From Amoebidium appalachense (Eukaryota > Protista > Ichthyosporea), in contig CAVNZM010000004.1 of the NCBI GenBank assembly GCA_963693365.1, positions 11,064,468 through 11,128,467 of the forward strand: a stretch of DNA of 64,000 nt, in the 5' to 3' direction. Below, one piece after another: positions 1 to 14,187 of the stretch. The position numbers were made by a program, and so were the translations under genes. The notes under the pieces are model-generated. The model searched no databases, was not told the origin of the DNA, and saw nothing but the letters and a program-made list of their open reading frames with translations. Within the stretch, counting starts at the first letter, position 1. Every line of letters starts with the position of its first letter.

Positions 1-643
1 ATCTAAAACTACTTTGTTTGGCCCTAGGGGGCATATTAGCCCCTTAATCCTGATCATTTTGTTGTCTAAATTCTTCTATATGTTCTATTTACAGCAAGGG
101 TGCCACAATGAAGAAAAAATAAAACATGAAAAATTACCGTCTTTCTGTCCCCCTTTTTTGGTGATGTATGGTGAGGTTTTCTGTGTTTGAGCCTGGTTTG
201 ACTTGCTAACCATCTCCCTTTGATCATAACCCACACCACCACCATCCCACACGTCTTCCCCAAATCTGTCTCCCCTCCCTTGCTCCTCCCCCCCCTCCCC
301 CCCCCCCCCCTCCCCCTCCCCCTCCCTCCGCCCCTGAATCGCTTCCCTCCCACTTCCCCCCCACCCCCTCCCTCTTCCCCCGAGTCGCTTTCCCTCCCCC
401 CTCCACCCCCCCCCCCCTTACACACACACACAAACACACACACACACACACACCCCACCTCAACCCACCCTCTCCCTTCTCCCAGTGTCTTTGCCTCATT
501 CTAATAATACCATGAGCCTGCTTGTTCCTACTAAACGAGTCTGTGTGTCAACTGAAAATCTAAGTCCAATCTCCTCCTCCCCCACCTCTCCCCCCCTCTT
601 ACTCCCCTCCCGCCCCCCCTCCCCCCCCCCCTGGAGTGCATAC

Positions 644-1120
644 CTTACCCAAGACCTCTTGGCTGTTGCCGTACCAGGGGGAGGTATCAATAATGTTGAT
701 GCCTGATTGGAGTGCCTGGGGGTGGCGGAAGGGGGGGGGGGGGGGAGGGGGGAGGGAGGGGGGGGGGTGGGGGGCGCGGGGGTGATGGGCCAAGTGGTTG
801 AATGCTGAGGGGGACCTGCGGGGGGAAGGGGGGGGGGGGGGGGGAGGAAGTCAGAATGGATCGGCGGGGGGGGGGGGGGGGGGGGGGGGGAGGGTTAAGA
901 GGGAGGGGGGGGGGGGGGGCGGCAGAGGGGGGGGGGGGGGGGGGGAAGGGGGGGATCCGCGTGGGATTTTGAGAATATACACAACATAAGTGTAATTCTG
1001 TTGTGGAATAAGCAAACAGAGTGCCAACAGACATGTGTGTGTGTGTTTTTTTTTTTTACTTGCTGCTTCTTTACCTTTTATTCTATTTCTATTTTTTCGC
1101 GGGGTGTGTGCGGGTGTGTG

Positions 1121-1180
<60 letters not shown>

Positions 1181-1350
1181 ATAAAATGCCGAGCCTACCT
1201 CGTGCACAACATTATTGACATTCTCCTCTGTGGCTGCTCCAAACACAGAACCAAGGGCTGACCCCCCTAGCCCCAAGACGGAAACCTGCATACGAGATTA
1301 AGGAGCGAGGGGCGGGCGGGGGGAGGGGAGGGGGGAGGGGGGGGGGGCAG

Positions 1351-1385
<35 letters not shown>

Positions 1386-2029
1386 GGAGCCAAGATACAG
1401 ATGGAAAAGTGAATTTTGTTCGAGGGGGGGGGGGGGGGGGGGGGGGGGGGAGGTGTGCAGCCTCGCATAAAAAGTGGGATGCAAAAGGAGATTGGGACGG
1501 GGGGGGGGGGGGGGGGGGGGGGAGAGTGGGAGGGGGGGGGGGGGGGGGGGGGGAGAGTGGGAGGGGGGGGGGGGGGGGGGGGGGGCAGACGGGTAGAGAC
1601 AGGGCACTAATTTGCCCGTAAAGATGACATCTTCAACCTCTCCGACCACCCCACCTCCTCCGTCTATTCTCCATTTACTGTCCATGTGGTTTTGCGACAC
1701 AAACATTTCCGTGCTCTCCCTCGTCCCTCCCTTACCCCTCCCCACCCCTACTCCCAACTTACAGCTCTGAATGATAACAGACACACACAAACAAAGTCAC
1801 ATCCCCTTCCCTATAACACATACAGGCGCGCATAAATGCACGTGTCTGCCCATCATCTGGTTGGTAGTGGCGAATGTGCGGCATCTGCGTACATGCATCA
1901 ACAAGGGAAGTGGGATGTGTGGGTGGGTGGTTGGGTGGTGATGTTGGGGGAAGAAGTTGGGGGAGGGGGGAGGGGGGGGGGCTTAGCTCAGGGGTACAAT
2001 GGAGCAGCAAACTAAACGAAGCAAGAGAA

Positions 2030-2077
<48 letters not shown>

Positions 2078-2194
2078 AGGGGAGTTAACATTGGGAAATC
2101 CCACCTTCAGGCCTGTTGCTCCCAGGGGTCTGTACTGCATTTTAGCCACTCTTTCTGGGATATGGAAGCCACCTACGTAAGTTGTTAAGTCCAT
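644..2194 (-). CDS. Aldo-keto reductase (L-galactose/D-arabinose dehydrogenase-like), 5' exons; the rest was not found and probably lies left of the window
   Basis: Exons 2194-2105, 1285-1199 and 715-644 with GT-AG phase-0 junctions splice to MDLTTYVGGFHIPERVAKMQYRPLGATGLK/VSVLGLGGSALGSVFG.../ALQSGINIIDTSPWYGNSQEVLGK. This has the AKR N-terminal YRxLGxTGLxVSxLGLG and the IDTSxxYG catalytic Asp/Tyr motif. Confidence 0.9.
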
Positions 2195-2476
2195 ATTGAG
2201 GGGTCACACAATGTGTTGGGGTCAAGTTGAGAGAATGGATGGGTACCAAAGAGAGGGAACGGGGGAACTTCAAGCTATCAAGGGTGAGGGCGGGTGTCAA
2301 TATGACCGCTCTTGCTCCTTCAAAAACGCAGCCTATGCGCACATATGAGCCACGGAATACATAGATGTATGCCCACTATACAGGCTCTGTGGTGGAAACC
2401 CGATGTGGCTTTCAGTTTTTTTGTTTGCTCTTGTTTTTTTTTTTTGCAATTGTTTTTTTGGGGGGTTAATCTCAGC

Positions 2477-4291
2477 CAGGCCCTTGCAAAAATATCCCGA
2501 TTTTCGGGATATATCACGAAAATATCGAATGTTGCCCTGAATATCTTTTCTTTTGACTGGATTTATTCAACGGAAAGATATGCAAGTATGCACGGCATAC
2601 GGATAAGACAATAAAAACTTCACGAGTTATCCAGTAACAAGTGCATACTGAGATACCTGAACACTGTGTGAAAATCATATAAATACTCAATGTGACGACC
2701 AACAGAATTCAACAAAAAGTCTAAAGTGTTCACATTGCCAGCTAGTGTAGCAGATACCCGGAGGGAAAGAGAAAGAGGTAAAACGCGACATAAAAATTCA
2801 CACCTATCAACATGCTTGCGATTAAAAAGGTCAGCGCAAAAGTGGCACCAGCGGCGATGAAAACAAGAATTACAGCGCCACTGCACAACTGCCCAGGCAA
2901 TATCAACATCAGAGCACCATACAGACTTATCTACTAGGGTGGTATCCATACGTACAGCAGGAGAAATGTATCCTGCCAAAGCTCCCAAAAAGCGATAATG
3001 ATCAGTACGGTGTTGCCTAAGGAACATAACACATGCCGACTGAGTTTTACCTTTGATTTCTCTATCAGAACGAGAAAGAAACTTATACTGCGTATGGTAA
3101 TAACGCGAAAAGGCAGAAAAAACAGGAAGAGAAAAGAAAGAGGGAGTGAGATAGCGAGAGGAAGAATCAGGTGGAAAGAGGGTAGGCTGAGGACATTCAG
3201 AAGTAGCGTTGGTGAATCGGGGGGGAAGAGGGGTGGAGGGAGGGGGGGGAAAGAAAGCATAAAGAGGGTGACTGAATATCACAAAAATATCCCGGCAAAA
3301 GCCCCTGAATAATCTTATTTGAAAATATCTTAAAGGCCCCTGAATATCACGGGATATGTATCAAAAATATCTTGACTTTGACCTGAATATCAAGTCGAAA
3401 TATCCTGATTTTTTGCCTTGAATATCACGAAAAAATTTCTTTTGACTCGGTTTTATTGATCCGTTGATGAAGGCAACGTGCAGCCACAGGCTACATAACC
3501 ACCAATAGAACTGAAAAAGCCAAAGCTACGAAATAAAAATAAAGCTACAAGTGACAAAGGACACCAGCGGGCAAAACCTTAAGTGTACGTGTATGCGTGA
3601 AGCTAGTTTGCTCCAACGTTAGTCATATGCATTGATGTTGACCAGACCGTGCACTCCGCAAGAAGACATCATTACTACTGCTTCCCAACAGGCCCCCCTC
3701 AAAACCTACCGAGGCACAGCAAGCAAGTCAGCCTCTAAAAGAGCAATGCAGAACAAATCTGAGCTAAAAAAACATTCCCAACGAGGCCCGGCCCCTAGAT
3801 AACCCGGAGAAACTGCATCTAGCTCTCTGATAAGGTGGCCTAGCCTGGCAGGACACACAGAAAAAATATCCCCCCTTTACCCAAATAAGGAAATAAACGG
3901 GGTTTTGTTCCGATTTCCGCTATTTTTGTAGATCCCTATGGAGAGCATATATATACCCCCAAGGTCGTCCATCTAAGGGCAATCCAAAGCAATCCGGTCG
4001 CTTTAGGCCCTTTTTAGGCTAAAATAGAAGATTTGGTAGTGCAGGAAGTGCGAAATAAGATTTTTCTGTGACTTTTTGTTGAGTTTTTCACAAATTTTTA
4101 CATTGAAAACAAGGGATATATCCCGATTTAAAGTCGTGATATATCCCGCCCTGAAAGATATTTATGATATATCATTTTTTTGGTCTGTCCCCTGGATATC
4201 ATTCGATATATCCTGCCTAGTCCCCGAATATCTCGAGATATATCATAATATGTATCGAATCGGCCCCTGAATATCAGAAGAAGGGGCCCTG
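2477..4291. mobile_element. Degenerate non-autonomous DNA transposon, possibly hAT-like
   Basis: Imperfect inverted ends (CAGGCCCTT ~2477; AAGGGGCCCTG ~4281-4291), clusters of AATATC/GATAT motifs at 2490-2545, 3270-3430 and 4110-4275, and an internal relic reading KCSHCQL..GKTRHKNSHLSTC that resembles a BED finger. No clean TSD seen. Confidence 0.5.
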
Positions 4292-4518
4292 GCCTGACGG
4301 TGGCTCTGTATTCCTGCCTGTTTGATTGGCTGACAGCGCATCATGCGTGGTCTTATACCCGGACCCCAAAAGGAGTTTACACGTGGCGTCACCACCGTTA
4401 CTACACCATGATAACAGATCACGTCATGCCACCAGCGGCTACTGAATATTTATAGTGGCACAGGGTGGCCCCGCGCCGTGTCGGCAGCCCACGCAACCAA
4501 AGCTAAACGGTGGCCATA

Positions 4519-5256
<738 letters not shown>

Positions 5257-5527
5257 TTTGTTTTTTTATATTTTATTTTATCCCGCTTTTTTCCCGGAGG
5301 GACCCCTTGGGCCCTCAGGGGGAACTACCGTCTTCCACCCAGCACCGACAGTGCTCTAGCTAGGGTGCTTCGGTATTATTAGCTAAGCTAACACACCTTT
5401 AAACAATCCTAACTATTTGCACACACTTTGCCCAGGGTATTCACCCCAGCCACGCCGGTGGGTATCTCTCTCTCTATAGACCTCCCTCTTGATCTACATA
5501 CATCTCTAGATCTCTCTCGGAAGCCCC

Positions 5528-5559
<32 letters not shown>

Positions 5560-6793
5560 TTCCCCACCCCCTTCCGGGCCCCGGGCCCCTTGCCCCCCGC
5601 CTCTCCCTCCATCCTACTCGCGTGGATCCCTCGATTCCCGTACCCGAAGTCCTCCGGTCCTCGTAAAAACGTATGTGCACAGTGCACATGTGTTCATATA
5701 TCAAGGGTATACATGTGAGTTTCTATGTAAAGCTACAACAGTATCGATACATATACCCCATGGGCCAGTCACGATCGTGATGATGGGCCAAACAATTCAT
5801 ACAATATTGTCTTGGGTTACGCATGGATACTTTCAAATGGGCGTCACATGCACGTGATACGCGCCATTCGCCATCATGTGAACGTAGCCACGTTGTACAT
5901 ATTCCGTAATGGATAGTATGCACGTGGCAAATTTGGCACTTGCACAGTGTTGACTTGCCATAGATGATGATGGTGGGCGCTCGCGCGGTGGTACAGTGAT
6001 GACGATGATAATTAAGTCTGCCAGAAGTCGATAATAATAATAAGCTCGTACTCCTCCAGGTACCTGTACAGGCGCCGTGTATGTATGCTACATATGAAGG
6101 TGGGGGTACTATTAAGATGTACTATCATGTCTAATACGTATATGTAAAGATATCCGCCTGCCAGGTGTGACAAGGTTGCCAAATATTAGAGCTGCAAAAA
6201 GATAGGACAAACGGTGCTCCAGCTAGCCGCGGCCCTCGCGCGCGCCGGACACGCGTGCACACCAGTGTTATGATTGGCTTTTACAACCACACAAAAAAGG
6301 CTGCTTCGTCCCATGGCTGCAGGCCGGTGACGGCAGCCCCGTGACTACACGAACGGTCTCTAGGAGTCGGGAGTCGCGAAAGTCCCCTAGGTGCTCAAGA
6401 TTCTCATCCATTTGCATGCCTAACGTGATTGGCTTATGGTTTGTTGATGCCCATATATAGTCTGTTATTATGTACATTCATTGGCTGTTATTTAGAGGCA
6501 TTCGGTGCCGCGCATTCCTTTGATTTATCTATGTGGATGGATCCGCAAAGAAGATTGAAATGTGTGACAAAATAAATGCAACCGTATTTTATTCTAACAG
6601 GTATAATTGTCGATAATATTGCTATTTATTGAGAGTCATACATGATTTTATAACTGCCGTTAATTTTTTGGGGGTAAAGTGATAATTCTGAAACGTCTCA
6701 TGGCGCATGCCATCAACTTGTGACAATGCTTCCTCAAAATCTTATACACGGACACTTCTGCTCAACTTCAAAGGTCCTATCAAAAGCGTCCAG

Positions 6794-6800
6794 TATAAAG
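6794..6800 (+). promoter_or_regulatory. Candidate TATA box
   Basis: TATAAAG about 165 bp upstream of ATG 6962. Confidence 0.3.
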
Positions 6801-6961
6801 CCACAAACGCACCTGAGACATGCTTATAATCCATTTGTCATACACTTCTTACTATAGTGAGTTGCCTTACCAAAAGAGTCATAGTACCCACTTTTCCGTC
6901 ACCCTTCCGTACCGGCGCACGTTTTTTTCTGCGCAAGGTGTCACCAGGCACCACATCTAAA

Positions 6962-8424
6962 ATGCACTTCACAACTAGAACCTCCTGTCTTCTGGCTGCC
7001 CTAGTCGCCTTGGGGCATGTGCACGCATATCCTCGTACTGGGAGAGAAGCTCCACAAGACGACCGTTCAGTCAAGCTCACACCCGTTAACGTTACTAACC
7101 CGTCTTCTGCTGACCCCTCGTCCATAGAGCTACCCACCATCAAAACATCTGATGCCGCAGACTGTGGGGTAGCAATCGGTCCCAAGTGCTACTACAACCT
7201 TGTGCGCGCGCTTGAAGAGGCTGAGTGGGGCTCGACCATTGTCGTGTCCGAGGACCAAACAATTAAGGAGGAAATTAAAGTTAGCAACTCGCTCACTATT
7301 GTCGGCCGAGGAAGACCTACAATTACAGTGGATATTACTGATGCACGCGCAACGAGCACCGCCATTCGTATGACTGGAGACGGACAGGAGCTTGTCCTGA
7401 GCAACCTCAAATTCGCTAACGTTGGCAAGTATGGGTCTGCGGTTCGCTCTCCTGAGTTGGGTGACGGCGAATACCCCGAGGACCCTTCTGTAACGAGTGT
7501 TCTTACCGTGCTGAATTGCGATTTCAACAAGTTCCGCACGGGCACACGTGGCGGTGCAACCATTCACCTCGGCATGACGGATAAGTTGATCATCCACGAC
7601 ACGAGCATCCGTGAGGGCATTGTGGAAGATTTCTCTCAGCTCGGCAAGATACAGTACGAGGGTGGTGGAAGTGTGTGGGTGGCTAACCTTTTTGGGCCGG
7701 TCTCCATTCTCAACAGCGAGTTTTCTGACAACGCCAACCTATATCCTCACGGATTGGGTGGGGCTCTAACGATCAATTTTGTCAACGGAAATATTGATAT
7801 TATCGACAGCGTGTTTTCTTCCAACAAGGGTGCCGAGGGTGGTGCTTTGTACATCGGTGGGGTGGAAAAGGGCCAAACAGTAAAACTGGACTCGACTTTT
7901 GAGGACAATGTTTCTGTCTATACCGAGGGATGGTCTAACAAGGGCGGCGCGGCAGTGATTCAGTTTATTAACGGCACCGTGCACGTGGGTGGAACATTCT
8001 CCAACAACGTGGCCCAAAACGACCGTGGTGGCGCTATTGCAAACAACCGCATTCGCGAGGAGGGAAAGGTGACCATGCAGCTAAATTTGGGCACAACACG
8101 TGTGGGAAGGGTGCGGCGGTGTGGGACACGCTTCAGGAATTTGCCACCGGGGTTTCTTTGACGATTGATGGGTCCACTTCTATGACCGGCAACAAGGCGT
8201 ATGATGGCCTGGATTTGGTCGTGCGCCTGCGGTCCGTTGACAACGGTTTTAAGAACATTTACATGTATGAGAGCGAGTGGGATGGTGATAAAATGACATT
8301 CCCGGATGATCGCGACAGTCTGAAGGGCACCATACCGCCCTCCGACCCGGTTTATGGTTCAAATTCCACTTCTACCAATTCCACTACTACTATCACGGCT
8401 AGGACGAATCTGGATGAATCGTGA
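6962..8424 (+). CDS. Intronless secreted right-handed beta-helix protein (Pmp-like GGA/FxxN repeats), one frameshift near 8076
   Basis: Signal peptide MHFTTRTSCLLAALVALGHVHA; repeated FxxN..GGA[ILV] motifs (FSDN..GGAL, FSSN..GGAL, FEDN..GGAA, FSNN..GGAI). The pattern continues in another frame after ~8076 (AAKFGHNTCGKGAAVWDTLQEF...) to the stop at 8424. Confidence 0.75.
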
Positions 8425-8475
8425 TATGTCTTTTATCCGCGGCCTTGCAAGTGGCAAGGCCGGGGTGGGAGAGGA

Positions 8476-8509
<34 letters not shown>

Positions 8510-9159
8510 GGCTATGTTTTTGAATATGTACGTGTCTGTTGTAAAGTAGCACTACATTAACCTATGAATATTGGTTTTTTTGTCATTGAGCAGGGCACTG
8601 GTTTGCTGATCATTGTATGTACGTGCTACGTGGCCTGGTGCCGCCAAATTTTCTTCACTACGATTTTCATATTAATCGCCTGTATTTTTATTCAAGTTAA
8701 GCAATTGTGTTAACAACTTGTCAAGTTCTAATGAGCTGCCATGATGCACATACTATGTAATACCATTGCACTCGAGCTCCACTCTATCATGTGTATGTGA
8801 TCACTGTTTTAATACCGTATCAATGACCTATTGGTGTCTTTACCATCACATTGCTCATCATCATTATGAAAAATTTCAATATCCTCGCCTTTGTTGGCTA
8901 CCCAGAGTGTCATATTTTTTGGGGTTTCATATAACCCCTCGGCCACTAATGTATTAATTTCCCTGAACCTATTCTAAAAACAAATCAGAGTCAAGGAAAC
9001 TCGACCCATCAGCAGCCAAAAACCGCCGCTAGTTAACCAAAGGCATGTTGAGAATGATAATCAAGGCCCTCACAATTCTCTGTTTTGAGAATTGCACCAT
9101 ACCAAAGTTTCGAAGTTGCTCGTTTTCAGCACAGAACCCCAACTCTCTTTATGCCCCTT

Positions 9160-9430
9160 CCCCCCCCCCCCCCCCCCCCCTCCCCCTCCACACACGCGCA
9201 CATACGAACACACAAACACTGTCTGCCCCCTCCCCCTACTCGCCCCCCCCCCCCTCCCTCCCCCCCCCCCCCCCCCCCCCCCCAAACACACACGCACACG
9301 CACGCACACACACACACGCACACGCACACACACATACACATATACACACACACGTGTACAAACACACACACACACACACACACGCGCGCACACGCACACA
9401 CACACACACACACATACACACACACGTGTA

Positions 9431-9470
<40 letters not shown>

Positions 9471-9494
9471 CACGCGCATACACACACGCGCGCG

Positions 9495-9544
<50 letters not shown>

Positions 9545-10258
9545 AACACAAACACACACACACACACCCCTCTTCAACCCCCCTCTTCTTGCCCACCCCC
9601 CCCCCCCCTCCCCCTGACACCCTCGCACCCCCCACCCCCCACCCCACACCCACACCACCCCCTTCCCTCCGCTGGAGGGCCCCCTCCCTCTCTCCCCCCC
9701 CCCCCCCCATCCCAAACGCACACACATACAAAAAAAAATAAGAAAGAGCATACTCTTCGACTTTGCCAATGACACTGGGTGGAATTTGGTGAAGGTTAAC
9801 GTTCGTAATCGAAAGTGTGCCACGTGGTTCTACGAGGCCATCGTGCTGGTTTGCCCAGTTGGTTGGTGGGTTTATTCACATATTGTTTGTTTAATCCATG
9901 GTGTGCAGGTTGCCGGTGGGAGAAGGGGGAATTATGGTGGTGGTGGTGGGGGGTGGGTGGGTGGGGGGTGGGGGGGGGGGGGGGGGTCGTCGCGGTGATT
10001 ATGGACGGACAAGGGTCGACTACTTGAAGCCTGTCTACGAATTAAGAAGTAGTGAAGCGAAGCTGTATTATCAGGTTTATGGAGGCCCTGCCGCAAGAGT
10101 TGGATGCTGGTCTTATTTAGTCGAGCTTGTACGCCTATGTGTTTGTGCATGTTTATTCTACCAACCACCGATTCACACAAAAAATACACAGACACACATG
10201 CTCGCGTGCGCGTGCACACAAACAACACACACACACAGACACACACACACACACACAG

Positions 10259-10289
<31 letters not shown>

Positions 10290-10290
10290 C

Positions 10291-10321
<31 letters not shown>

Positions 10322-10457
10322 CACACATACACACACACACCACACACATACACGCCCACATATACACACACAAACACGCAGACGAACGCACGCACATACG
10401 CACGCACACACGCACACACACACACGCACACAACAGAAGTACCGGCATAAAGTACTG

Positions 10458-10517
<60 letters not shown>

Positions 10518-10690
10518 ACACACTGAAAGACACACTGTTATCGTCAAAAACATGTACACGGTCATACTTTGTCAACGCGCGCACGCACGCACACGTGCAA
10601 GAACAGATCTAGACGTGCACGCACACACGCACACACACAGACAACACACACACACACACACGCACACGCACGCACACGCACACAATCTCA
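9160..10690. repeat. (CA)n/poly-C microsatellite fields
   Basis: Directly visible, mainly 9160-9730 and 10190-10685. Confidence 0.9.
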
Positions 10691-10747
10691 CTTTTCACCT
10701 AGGCCTTCTATGAGCACATCAATAAAAAGTTATATATAAAAAATACA

Positions 10748-11460
10748 TTTTTATGTCGCGTTTTACCTCTTTCCCTACGGGTGTCTGCTACACTGGCTGG
10801 CAATGTGACCACTTTAGACTTTTTGTTGAATTCTATTGGTCGTCACATACATTTATATGATTTTCACACAGTGTTCAGGTATCTCAGTATGCACTTGTTA
10901 CTGGATAACTCGTGAAGGTTACACCGTACTGATCATTATCGCTTTTTGGGAGCTTTGGCAGGATACATTTCTCCTGCTGTACGTATGGATACCACCCTAG
11001 TAGATACGTCTGTATGGTGCTCTGATGTTGATATTGCCTGGGAAGTTGTGCAGTGGAGCTGTATGTAATTCTTGTTTTCATCACCGCTGGTGCCACTTTT
11101 GTGCTGAACTTTTTAATTGTAAGCATGTTGATAGGTGTGAGTTTTTATGTCGCGTTTTACCTCTTTCCCTACGGGTGTCTGCTACACTAGCTGGCAATGT
11201 GAACACTTTAGACTTTTTGTTGAATTCTGTTGGTCGTCACATTGAGTATTTATATGATTATCACCCAGTGTTCAGGTATCTCAGTATGCACTTGTTACTG
11301 GATCACCCGTGAAGTTTTTATTGTCTTCTCAGTATGCCGTGCATACTTGCATATCTTTCCGTCGAATAAATCCAGTCAAAAGAAAAAAAAGGTTTATTGT
11401 CTTCTCAGTATGCCGTGCATACTTGCATATCTTTCCGTCGAATAAATCCAGTCAAAAGAA
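10748..11460 (-). mobile_element. Inverted, internally duplicated copy of part of the 2.5-kb element
   Basis: 10920-11385 is a near-identical reverse complement of ~2545-3012. 10748-10915 duplicates 11143-11315, and 11393-11460 duplicates 11317-11385. Confidence 0.8.
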
Positions 11461-12010
11461 GAAGAGAAACATTTCAAACCGGGGCGGGTCGGGCGGCCGG
11501 GCCCCCCGTGGCCGCGGGGCGGCATTGCAACCGGGGCAGCGAGTTCCAACTCAGCGGTGATTGGCTGTACGCGCACCGGCTAAGGGCTGTAAACAATGTC
11601 ACTTGATCACGAAACAAGCATGATGATGAGGTCTATGCAGCATTCTGTTGGCGCATAAACATAACAATTGGTTGTATTATAGAGTCTTAAATGTTAGTAA
11701 AGGTTAAGAATGCTGTTGTAAATAAGTCAACCGAACAAATAAGTCAACCGAACACCTTGCACTTGTTGTTTCGTTTCCTTATAGTCTTCGATATTGCGCA
11801 CCCTGGTTGACGTTTGCACCTAAAATTTTACAGCCAACCGGCTTTGAATATTTATTACCATAATAGGAGCAGAGTGTTGGACCAAATTTCCCGCAACCAG
11901 GCCGCCGAAGACGTACAAAAACAACTGCATGCGGGCAGGTCACAAGTTACTTTCGGCACGAACCAGTCGAGGGAAACATATATTTATTTTCGAGGGATAA
12001 GCAAGAAAAA

Positions 12011-12278
12011 ATGGCACGGCCACGTGTACCCCTTCTTTGCGCTCTGCTATTGAGCCTATTGGGTATGTATGTTCCAAGCAGTGCAGTGGATATCGATGAT
12101 ACGCATTTACAGGCCGTCAGCTTAATATGAGCAGTTGATCATCAGTTATCTGTACTGAACTTCAATGATCACCTGCGCCGTCGGGACCCAGAATTTAGAA
12201 CACACACACACACACACTCCCCCCCCACACACACACACATGTGCACACACACACACACAACACCACCGGTACCCCCCC

Positions 12279-12311
<33 letters not shown>

Positions 12312-12474
12312 AGTGTCACACACACGCGTGTGCGCACGCACGCACGCACGCACACATACACACACAATAACACACAAACACGCACATACGGCGGCACATA
12401 CAACACACGCACATGCAGGCACGCACACGGATGCCATGGGCACAAACGTGCACAGTGTACACATGTATACACAT

Positions 12475-12512
<38 letters not shown>

Positions 12513-12517
12513 ACACA

Positions 12518-12588
<71 letters not shown>

Positions 12589-14148
12589 TGCATCGGGCGC
12601 GAAGAAAATAATGTGTGTGTGCGCCTGATTAAATATAATATTATGCGTCCCAGGACCTGTGTGCCGCTGGTAAATGTGGTTCGAGTTTAACGCACACGTT
12701 TGAATGATGTATTTGGTGCATTCACAACTTGAAACATTTCGGAATCCCCCGTACCTTTCTCACGTGTCACCTATTGTGACATACAGGGGCAGTGCTTGGG
12801 ATTGAAATGGCACCATGCACCACAAATGATGAGTGTGCTGCCCAGCCCCACTCCACCTGTGACACCACCAACAATGTGTGCAAATGCAAACAGGGCTATT
12901 TCTTCGACTCTGCCGCTACCTCCAGTGCCACAGCCTGCGTCGGTACAACCCCCCCCCCCCCCCTCCCCCCCCCGCGCCCCACATGCGCAGTTTCAATAAC
13001 ACTCTGGTCGTTTCCATGATTAGCGCGGCCCACAATATCGATCTATTGCTGCACGGTGCCTCCCGTTTGCTGGCAAATCATAACGCTAAATAACATTCGT
13101 GGTTTTTCTTTTTTCTTTTTTTTTTATTTTCCCCCTCCGGATTCCTCCCTTACCGGGACAATAGCCACTGCAGATTTTGAAAAATTACAAAACGTGCCGG
13201 TCTCTATTTCACAGATCCGCCTTCTCCCCGGGAGGCCTATTTCACCGCTGCCTTCCCCTAAATTTTCTTAACCCTTTATCGAGAACGTTAACAGCCTCAC
13301 TAACACATGCTCGTACCCGCACAAACAGACCCCTGTGTGGGCTCAACCGAAGCTAATAAGTGCGGTGTTGATGCAACATGTACCGCCAGTTCACTCACCA
13401 GCTTCACGTGCAAGTGCACAGCTGGGATCAGCTACGACAAAAACGGCACGTGTACCACCTGCGCGATTCCGACCAATTGCGCCGCGCTGAGCTCGTGTTC
13501 ATTGGTGAATTGTGCTGAGAATGCAACGTGCTCTTGCCCACTGGCCACTTGTTCTGAGATTGTCTCGTGCTCTTCGTGTAAAGATGGGTACTATCTCACA
13601 GACACCGTCAACAATTGCACAAAATCATGCACAAGTGTGTCTGGTTGTGCCACCGGCAAGGTGAAATGCACCAATGCGACCGACTCGACGTGCAGTGAGT
13701 GTAATTTTGGCTACTACCTAAAGGATGGCAAGTGTAATTCATGCACTTCTGCTTCCAACTGTGTTTACGGAAACACCAAATGTGGGCTCAACAACACAGC
13801 GACACAGTGCACAAAGTGTAATGATGGTTACTACATCAATGCAACAAGCGGCCTGCAGCTGTGTGATGCGTGCATAGTTGTCGACAACTGCAAGACAGGG
13901 AAAATCACGTGCCAGAATGGGACTGTATCGACGTGTGCTGAGTGCAATGCGGGTTTTATCTTTGGGAATGCCGACAAGACCAGCTGTGTTGTTGGTAGGT
14001 TTACCCCCTCCCCCCTCCCCTCCTCTCATGCCCTCCGTCCTCTCCCCCCTTACATCGATATCCCTTTACTACAGCTCCGTTCTCACGCCCTCCCTCATCC
14101 CCCCTCCCCCTCCCCCCCCCCCCCCCCCCCCGGGCCCTCCAAACCACC

Positions 14149-14187
<39 letters not shown>

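Noticed and set aside
2620-3282. 220-aa ORF, and 11025-11312, as real proteins
   Set aside because: They lie in a dispersed repeat, have no recognisable domain, and are antisense to the BED-like relic.
9045-9130. [14 protein letters not shown] as first exon of the Cys-rich gene
   Set aside because: A better signal-peptide exon with a phase-compatible donor exists at 12011-12062.
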